NCBI GenBank assembly: GCA_963667855.2
Contig: CAXXKI010000004.1
Location: forward strand, 459,013 to 483,012
DNA from: Phycisphaerae bacterium
Lineage (GTDB): Bacteria; Planctomycetota; Phycisphaerae; UBA1845
DNA: 24,000 nt
Reading direction: 5' to 3'
Under the pieces are notes generated by a model, which was given only the letters and a program-made list of their open reading frames with translations, had not been told where the DNA came from and made no database searches. This document shows, piece after piece, positions 18,070 to 24,000 of the stretch. The translations under genes were made by a program, and so were the position numbers. Every line of letters begins with the position of its first letter. Within the stretch, counting starts at the first letter, position 1.

Positions 18070-18876
18070 ATGGACCGTTTAGACGAACTAGTCCGACAGC
18101 TTGTTGATCTTGTGCACCAGCATGTGCCGGCCGACATGATACCGCCGATGGTGCCGACGGCCGTGGTGCTGCTCTTTTTCGGGGTCGGAGTGAGCGTGCT
18201 GGGAGCCAAATTCGCTCGCTGGTTCATAACGGTGTTCTTTGCTGTTGGTGGGTTGGTCGCCGGTCTGGCCATCAGTCAACGCATGGGAATATCTCCTCCG
18301 TTTACGTCTCTTGTCGGATGTGTCGTTATTGGAGGATTAGGATATTCATTGTACCGATTCCTTGTGGGATTAGGGGCAGGAGTATTCCTGGCTGTTGTCG
18401 CGTTCAGTGTTCTTTCGGTGCAGATGGTTGTGCCTCATCTTGACCAATTCCCGAATTTGACGCAACCGGTAATCGCTAACGCTGAAGGCGTGGAAACAGT
18501 TGAGCAGGCGATGGAAGCGACCTGGGAACAGTTGGAAGTCGATCTGCAAGAATTCGGGGAATACCTTATTCAACGCGAACCCAACCTGGAAAAATATGCT
18601 GGATGGGCTGTGGCTGTCACCGGGCTCGTTGGTTTTCTGATGGGCGTATTCTTCTGCAGGATGACTCTTATTGTTTTCTGTGCGTCTTTCGGTACATTTC
18701 TGATAACTTCGGGTATATGCTTGTTGCAGCCCAATGTTCTTCAGGCTCAAGGCTTTTCACCGGAAACGTCTTCGCTTACGTTGTTGTCATTCTTCGTCGT
18801 ATCTTTGATTCTGCAGTCGATCCTGACCCGCCCGGAGCCGGTGTTCGTACAGGCAACTCATAAGGAAGCGGATTGA
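18070..18876 (+). CDS. Polytopic (about 7 TM) glycine-rich membrane protein with an acidic central loop, function unknown
   Basis: Strong SD AAGGAGG (18054-18060) lies 9 nt before the ATG. There are four TM helices, an acidic ~55-aa loop (VETVEQAMEATWEQLEVDLQEFGEYL), then three more TM helices. It resembles DUF4203/TMEM198-like proteins by eye only. Confidence 0.75.
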   Translation: MDRLDELVRQLVDLVHQHVPADMIPPMVPTAVVLLFFGVGVSVLGAKFARWFITVFFAVGGLVAGLAISQRMGISPPFTSLVGCVVIGGLGYSLYRFLVGLGAGVFLAVVAFSVLSVQMVVPHLDQFPNLTQPVIANAEGVETVEQAMEATWEQLEVDLQEFGEYLIQREPNLEKYAGWAVAVTGLVGFLMGVFFCRMTLIVFCASFGTFLITSGICLLQPNVLQAQGFSPETSSLTLLSFFVVSLILQSILTRPEPVFVQATHKEAD

Positions 18877-19122
18877 CGGAACAAATCCAATCGGGGTAAA
18901 CGCCGGTTTTTAATGATAGTCGTCCTATAAGTGACGGCGGTTGTTTGATTACTTTGCATAGCGTAATGGGACAGCGTTTTATCGAACATTTCCTGATATG
19001 GTAGTTTGCTGATTTTGACGATCACACAGCCATTGCGTCGGGATTCCTGGAATTGTACGTTTGAGTTGTGTCAAAGTGCCTGTTGACGGCAGGTTTTGCA
19101 CTCTATTGACGGAGGACTCAAC

Positions 19123-19755
19123 GTGAGCGGCGCAAGTTACTATATGCACGATTGGATTACCTTTCTGCGCGACGCCGGACCTCTTACCGGGGTGCCACTG
19201 GCAGTTGGGGGTGTCCTGCTGGTTATTGGCGGCTGGAGGGTCTGGAAGTATGCCGCTGTTTTAAGTTTCTCGCTGCTGGGCGGAATCGTGGGGCAGGTTC
19301 TGTCGCAAACCGAGCAGTTGAGTTTTACCTGGATAGCGGTTGGCGCTATAGCGGCTGGTTTAATCGGAATTGTTGTTCGAAAATATTCCAGTACTGTGTT
19401 AGCTGGTATCATTACCGGTACTCTGGCCGGATCATTCCTTAGCAGCCTGCACGTTGGCGATATTGGTCTGTGGATTGGCATTATCCTTGGGTTACTGGGA
19501 GGCGGAGGTTGGGCATACGCTAACAGGCAACAGGTGATATCGGGAATAACGTCGGTTGAAGGTGGAGCGCTCCTGGTTAGCGGCCTGGCGGTGATGATTG
19601 CCGAATGGCCTACTGCGCACAGTTTCTTCTCCACGATTGTTTACCGTAGCCCGGGAATGATAGTGTTCTTTATATTTGTGCCTACAGTGGTGGGTATATT
19701 GCTTCAGCATGCGGATGAAGCTCACAGTTCGATGAAATCGCACGATAGGAGCTGA
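19123..19755 (+). CDS. Polytopic (about 7 TM) glycine-rich membrane protein, paralog-like to 18070-18876
   Basis: GGAGGA (19111-19116) lies 6 nt before GTG 19123; the ORF opens at 19096 and ATG 19144 is an alternative start. The first TM pair (LLVIGGWRVWKYAAVLSFSLLGGIVGQVLSQ) parallels LLFFGVGVSVLGAKFARWFITVFFAVGGLVAGLAISQ of the upstream protein. Confidence 0.7.
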   Translation: MSGASYYMHDWITFLRDAGPLTGVPLAVGGVLLVIGGWRVWKYAAVLSFSLLGGIVGQVLSQTEQLSFTWIAVGAIAAGLIGIVVRKYSSTVLAGIITGTLAGSFLSSLHVGDIGLWIGIILGLLGGGGWAYANRQQVISGITSVEGGALLVSGLAVMIAEWPTAHSFFSTIVYRSPGMIVFFIFVPTVVGILLQHADEAHSSMKSHDRS

Positions 19756-19793
19756 CGGCCTGTACGGGCGAAAGTTTTAGGATTAGCATAAGG

Positions 19794-19831
19794 AGACGGC
19801 GCGGATTAAAATTGCGCCGTCTTTCGTTTTT
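19794..19831 (+). terminator. Rho-independent terminator after the second membrane-protein gene
   Basis: Perfect 9-bp GC-rich stem AGACGGCGC (19794-19802) / GCGCCGTCT (19814-19822) with an 11-nt loop, followed by TTCGTTTTT (19823-19831). Confidence 0.72.
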
Positions 19832-19870
19832 ACTGGTCAGCGGTTTGATGGAATTATTGGCTCTATCCTG

Positions 19871-20677
19871 GTGAGACAAATGCAGCAGAGAAAAGATATA
19901 GGCATCAGAGTGAGTGATCTGCGGATGGATACCAAGCGGGGATTGCGTTTCGCTTCGGATAACCATTTTTCCGCCGTTGAAGTGGCCGCCGATAATCAGG
20001 AAACAACTCCCGAAAGATTATCTGGAACCGGACGAACTCATCTGGCTCGCCTGGTACGGGGCCAGGGAATGAATTTAGCTTCGATTTCACTCGACAGCCT
20101 TGGAGGGGGAATATCTGATAGAGCGCAGGTTGATCGAATCATCACTCAAGTTGATTCCTCACTGAAACTCGCGGCGGATATGGCGGTGCCGGTTCTTTCT
20201 CATGATGTTGGAGAACTCTTTGGTTTAGAGCAGTCGCAGCATGATTGCGCCAGAGAGGCTCTGGCAGAACTCTCTGCTCGTGCTGATCGAGTTGGCACCA
20301 TATATGCAGTTCGTTCCCGGGCATGCGATCCTGACACGGTGGACCAGTTGGTTCGAATGGTTGGCAGTTCGTCGGTGAAGATCAGCCTGGATCCCGGATC
20401 TCTGTTAATGGCCGGTTTTAACCCTCTTGATGCTATAACCACCTATGGCGATAAGGTTGTCCTGGCGTATGTACGTGATGCAACCAGAGGAACTCCTGAT
20501 AGAGCCGGGCAGGAGATAGACCTGGGGGGCGGGCAACTGGATCTAAGCGCTTACCTGGCGGTGCTGTCTGCCTGTGGTCCGGTTGGTCCGAAAATACTAA
20601 GGCGCGAATACGCCAGTAACCCCTGTCTCGCTCTTGTTACCGACCGTGAAGTTCTGGATAGTCGCCTGGCGTTTTAG
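19871..20677 (+). CDS. Sugar phosphate isomerase/epimerase-like protein (xylose isomerase-like TIM barrel)
   Basis: About 268 aa. The pattern IGIRVSDL...GLRFASDNHFSAVEV...NLASISLD...KLAADMAVPVL..H.VG resembles AP-endonuclease-2/xylose-isomerase-like TIM barrels. The assignment is by eye. GTG 19871 or ATG 19880 could be the start. Confidence 0.55.
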   Translation: MRQMQQRKDIGIRVSDLRMDTKRGLRFASDNHFSAVEVAADNQETTPERLSGTGRTHLARLVRGQGMNLASISLDSLGGGISDRAQVDRIITQVDSSLKLAADMAVPVLSHDVGELFGLEQSQHDCAREALAELSARADRVGTIYAVRSRACDPDTVDQLVRMVGSSSVKISLDPGSLLMAGFNPLDAITTYGDKVVLAYVRDATRGTPDRAGQEIDLGGGQLDLSAYLAVLSACGPVGPKILRREYASNPCLALVTDREVLDSRLAF

Positions 20678-20833
20678 TTTCAACTCTCGAATCCAGTCGT
20701 AGGCAATGAGGATTATAGACCACAGGCTTCGGTTTGGATTTCGCCAACCCGTATTGCATAATTCACTACGGAATTTCGGTCAAGCTGGCCCGGTTTAAAG
20801 CCTGACCAATCTGGCTTAAGAGGGGATTTGAAA

Positions 20834-21157
20834 ATGCCGGTTACCATGTATTGTCCCAACCTGACCTGTCCAGCGATTTTACAGGTGAGTGATAACGCTC
20901 GCGGTAAAAATGTCACCTGTCCAGGTTGCGGGTTGAGTTTCAAGGTCCCCAAAAAACCGCGTTTATGCGAAGTTTCCGAGCAGCAACCGGTTGTAGAGAT
21001 AGCTGCGTGTAGTGCCATTGAATGTGAACCGTCTGAGAATAGCGTGGTTGAAGGCAATCAAAAACAGGAAACCGCGGAAAAAAAACAAACTCAGTCCTCT
21101 AATCTGCGAACGATAATGGATTTTCCGCTTCCCCGGCGCAGGCCGCTCACTCATTAA
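20834..21157 (+). CDS. Zinc-ribbon (CxxC...CxxC) protein with a disordered C-terminal tail
   Basis: SD AAGAGGGGA lies upstream of ATG 20834. The N-terminus MPVTMYCPNLTCPAILQV...VTCPGCGLSFKVP is an MJ0042-type double-CxxC zinc ribbon. The rest is low-complexity (Q/E/K-rich). Confidence 0.6.
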   Translation: MPVTMYCPNLTCPAILQVSDNARGKNVTCPGCGLSFKVPKKPRLCEVSEQQPVVEIAACSAIECEPSENSVVEGNQKQETAEKKQTQSSNLRTIMDFPLPRRRPLTH

Positions 21158-21363
21158 GCGAATTGGTTTTATTCTTATGCACGTCTTTACCGTATCTGAG
21201 TGTATTTTTAGGACGTTTCGCTCTCTTTTAAATCAGTGAAAGCCGTTGAGGGAGCGAGACGATATCGATAAAGCGGCCGGAATAGATTAGGACCGGCTTA
21301 TTGGATATAGGACGTTACTTGCGACGTTCGCGATATTGCTTGGGTTTTTAAAAGGACAGTTCA

Positions 21364-22683
21364 ATGCAGGCTGTATGTCAGGCGAATGCCCAAAAAGAAG
21401 CTACTGAGAATTTGGAATCCCCTCGAAATGGTTTTCACCCGGAGCCTATTGAAGAATGGCACGAAACTGGTTTACCGGAAACCCTTCTCGAGTCGCTGAT
21501 TTTTAAATACCTCTTTACTGTAGGTGAAGAGACCGGGCGGAATATCGCCAAAGCAATATGTATTCCACCAAAGTCCGTATTGGATATGCTACAGATTCTC
21601 CGTAACGCCCAATTGGTTTACCACAAAGACTCAGCGTCAATGAGTGACTTCACCTTTGCCTTGTCTGATGCCGGTAGAGACAGGGCACGTAAATTGATGG
21701 ACGAGAACATGTATGTCGGGCCTGCGCCGGTTCAGCTTTCCTACTACGTTGAATCGGTGGCCGCTCAATCCATTACGACTGAAAAACCCGGCATAGACGC
21801 GGTGAGAAACGCCTTCTCTGACGTACTGATATCCGATGAAATGCAGCGGCGCCTGGGGCCTGCAATCAATTCGGGAAGAGGGCTTTTCCTCTACGGTGCT
21901 CCTGGAAACGGTAAAACCACTATCGCCGAACGCATAACTCATTGTTTCGGAACGCATGTATGGATACCCCACGCCATCAGTGTCGGAGGAGAAATCGTCA
22001 AGTTTTTCGATCCGGAGAACCACACGCCAGCCGGCTCCGCCCGGCCTTCCATTCTCAAGGGAGAAGCCCACGACACCAGGTGGATTAAGGTCATTCGTCC
22101 CACGATCATCGTTGGTGGTGAATTGACGATGGAGACGCTGGAACTGCAATTCAACCCGTTTACCAAGATTACTGAACCGTCGGTACAGCTTAAAAGCAAT
22201 TGCGGTACGCTGGTAATAGATGACTTTGGTCGCCAGAGGATGGAGCCGGTCGAGTTGCTCAATCGATGGATCGTGCCTTTGGAAAAACGTTACGATTATC
22301 TGACTCTCTCCACGGGGACCAAGATTCAGGTTCCTTTTGATCAGTTGATTATATTCTCGACTAACCTGGAACCCCGGGATCTGGTTGACGACGCCTTCCT
22401 TCGTAGGATTCCTTACAAACTGAATGTTATTGATCCAACGGAAGAGGAATTTCGTGCGCTTATGAAATTCACCGCCAGTAATCTCAATATTGCTCACAAC
22501 GAAGCGGCCGTGAATAATCTGATAGAAAAGCACTACAAACGCATGAATAGATCATTCAGGTGCTGTCATCCTCGCGACCTGCTTTTGCAGATCCTCAACT
22601 ATTCTTCCTATTATGGTACGCAGGCGGAAATGAGTGACGACGCTTTCGATGCCGCGGTGGACAACTACTTCGCCATCATGTAA
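21364..22683 (+). CDS. AAA+ family ATPase with N-terminal winged-helix-like domain
   Basis: AAGGA lies 8 nt before the ATG. It carries Walker A GAPGNGKTT (nt 21895-21921), Walker B LVIDDFGRQ (from nt 22210), and the classical AAA second region FSTNLEPRDLVDDAFLRRIPYKLNVIDPTEEEF. The N-terminal ~120 aa (IFKYLFTVGEETGRNIAKAICIPPKSVLDMLQILRNAQLV) looks like a wHTH. Confidence 0.85.
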   Translation: MQAVCQANAQKEATENLESPRNGFHPEPIEEWHETGLPETLLESLIFKYLFTVGEETGRNIAKAICIPPKSVLDMLQILRNAQLVYHKDSASMSDFTFALSDAGRDRARKLMDENMYVGPAPVQLSYYVESVAAQSITTEKPGIDAVRNAFSDVLISDEMQRRLGPAINSGRGLFLYGAPGNGKTTIAERITHCFGTHVWIPHAISVGGEIVKFFDPENHTPAGSARPSILKGEAHDTRWIKVIRPTIIVGGELTMETLELQFNPFTKITEPSVQLKSNCGTLVIDDFGRQRMEPVELLNRWIVPLEKRYDYLTLSTGTKIQVPFDQLIIFSTNLEPRDLVDDAFLRRIPYKLNVIDPTEEEFRALMKFTASNLNIAHNEAAVNNLIEKHYKRMNRSFRCCHPRDLLLQILNYSSYYGTQAEMSDDAFDAAVDNYFAIM

Positions 22684-22762
22684 AGAGATCGGAAGAAAGA
22701 GTGTAGCAGCTGGCTAACGGACTATTCATGAACATTTCTACATTGAGAGACGTAGGAGCAGT

Positions 22763-23647
22763 ATGACTACCAGGTGTTCACTATTATTACCGCTTCTTGC
22801 GGCAGTACTGTGTATTTCGCCGAGCGCCTTGGCTGACTCAAAGCCGAAAAATACCGCTGCGAATACCTGGAAAGCCGAAGGCAGAGTTAATAATTCAATA
22901 TTGCTTGAGGGGTCAGGTATCGTCGCCAGTCGCCAGTATCCGGGGGTATTCTGGGCTCACGGGGATTCGGGAACCGAACCTAAGCTCGTGGCATTTGACC
23001 GTACGGGCAGGATCATTGCCGAAGTGACTATTGCTGGTGCTCCGAATACCGACTGGGAGGATATTTGCGCAGATGACCAGGGGAATCTTTATATTGGTGA
23101 TATAGGGAATAATACCAAGATGTTTCCCGTGCGCTATGTATACCAGATACCCGAGCCAGACCCTGCATCTCCACCGGAGAAAGCCATTCCCTATAAAAAA
23201 AGGTGGCGATATAAGTTCCCTGATGGAAAAAGACTGGATTGTGAATCGCTGTTCTGGCACACGGGGGAGTTATTCGTAATTCCTCGCAGTAGTGATTCAA
23301 CCATTTATCGTATAGTGGATGACGAAAAAGGGGACGGGAATTCCGTTCTTGAGCCGGTGCAGAGGTTAAATGCTGCGCATCTATCAGGGGCTGAAGTTTC
23401 GCCGGACGGAACGCAACTGGTCGTCTGCAGTGGTGTCGGGGCCTGGCTTTATCCAATATCAAAGAGCAGGGAACTGAAGGAGCTGGTGGACACGGCAAAA
23501 GCCAAAAGAGTGTTCTTTCCACCCAGTGGCGGAGTGGAGGCCTGCTGTTTTGACGGTTCGGATGTCAGGCTCCTGGCTGAGCGGGGGTGGTTGTTCAAGA
23601 TAACCGCCCGTCAGTTTGAAGACCAGGTGAGGTTCTCCAAATCCTGA
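22763..23647 (+). CDS. Secreted hypothetical protein (Sec signal peptide; possible beta-propeller-like fold)
   Basis: AGGAG SD before the ATG. The signal peptide is MTTRCSLLLPLLAAVLCISPSALA|DS. Motifs such as FWAHGDSG and DICADDQGNLYIGDIGNN recall phytase-like/YjiK-like propeller proteins. The family call is tentative. Confidence 0.72.
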   Translation: MTTRCSLLLPLLAAVLCISPSALADSKPKNTAANTWKAEGRVNNSILLEGSGIVASRQYPGVFWAHGDSGTEPKLVAFDRTGRIIAEVTIAGAPNTDWEDICADDQGNLYIGDIGNNTKMFPVRYVYQIPEPDPASPPEKAIPYKKRWRYKFPDGKRLDCESLFWHTGELFVIPRSSDSTIYRIVDDEKGDGNSVLEPVQRLNAAHLSGAEVSPDGTQLVVCSGVGAWLYPISKSRELKELVDTAKAKRVFFPPSGGVEACCFDGSDVRLLAERGWLFKITARQFEDQVRFSKS

Positions 23648-23696
23648 CTTGGACAACCCCGTATAAAAAACATAAAGGCTGCCCGGCAGGTAATGG

Positions 23697-23972
23697 TTAT
23701 TTCAACTCGAAGTTAAGTCTTACTCGATCACTTTCCAGGAAACCATCGGAAGATATTTTCCCCGGCGCCTGTTGCATGGCGGAGTTATCGGGTTGGAAGT
23801 GGATCGATCCTTCCTGATGTTCGCGCATACGATGCAGAGCTTCGCGGTCGACAATCAGGCGAATTCGTTCATTAGCCAACTCTTCAACTTCCGCGGACCA
23901 GATCGATCCGCCAACTTCCAGGGGAACGCGGATTCCGCCTGGCGATTGGTTAGACGAAGTCGATTCTTCCAT
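23697..23972 (-). CDS. Hypothetical small protein (91 aa)
   Basis: The only sizeable minus-strand ORF not shadowing a plus-strand gene, and convergent with 22763-23647. No SD sequence and no recognisable motif. Confidence 0.4.
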   Translation of the reverse strand: MEESTSSNQSPGGIRVPLEVGGSIWSAEVEELANERIRLIVDREALHRMREHQEGSIHFQPDNSAMQQAPGKISSDGFLESDRVRLNFELK

Positions 23973-24000
23973 CGCTTTACGGTGATTTTGCGTTTCTTTA

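Noticed and set aside
21637-22533. A 298-aa ORF on the minus strand.
   Set aside because: It lies entirely antisense to the AAA+ ATPase gene, whose sense frame carries Walker A/B and AAA motifs. The antisense translation is low-complexity with no motif, so it is a shadow ORF.
23697-23972. A possible PilZ-domain protein.
   Set aside because: It lacks the RxxxR and (D/N)xSxxG c-di-GMP-binding motifs. It is kept only as a low-confidence hypothetical ORF.
1-24000. A search by eye for CRISPR arrays, tRNA/rRNA genes, IS elements or terminal inverted repeats, integrases and toxin-antitoxin pairs.
   Set aside because: I found no spaced direct-repeat array, no cloverleaf-like intergenic sequence, and no transposase- or integrase-like ORF. 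Intergenic regions are short apart from those reported above.

Overview
Most of the window (about 1.17-17.93 kb) is one same-strand division/cell-wall (dcw) cluster: mraZ, rsmH, a three-LysM membrane protein, an ftsL-like gene, ftsI, murE, murF, mraY, ftsW, murG, murC, murB, ddl and ftsQ. Upstream is the 3' part of a GT4 glycosyltransferase gene. Downstream are two paralogous glycine-rich polytopic membrane proteins, a TIM-barrel sugar-phosphate isomerase/epimerase-like gene, a zinc-ribbon protein, a wHTH-AAA+ ATPase, a signal-peptide protein and one small minus-strand ORF. Five things stand out. (1) The cluster stops at ftsQ, with no ftsA or ftsZ in the window. (2) murD is missing from its usual mraY-ftsW slot. 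(3) murE, murF and murB are each split by one apparently missing base, always in the same direction. (4) A LysM protein sits between rsmH and ftsL. (5) A 580-bp hairpin-rich spacer separates mraZ from rsmH. An FtsZ-less dcw layout fits a PVC/Planctomycetota-type organism, but that is inference only. I saw no tRNA, rRNA, CRISPR array or IS element. I cannot support a defined novel multi-gene system; the best candidates are given as hypotheses with tests. Product calls rest on motifs read by eye in the supplied translations, not on database searches.
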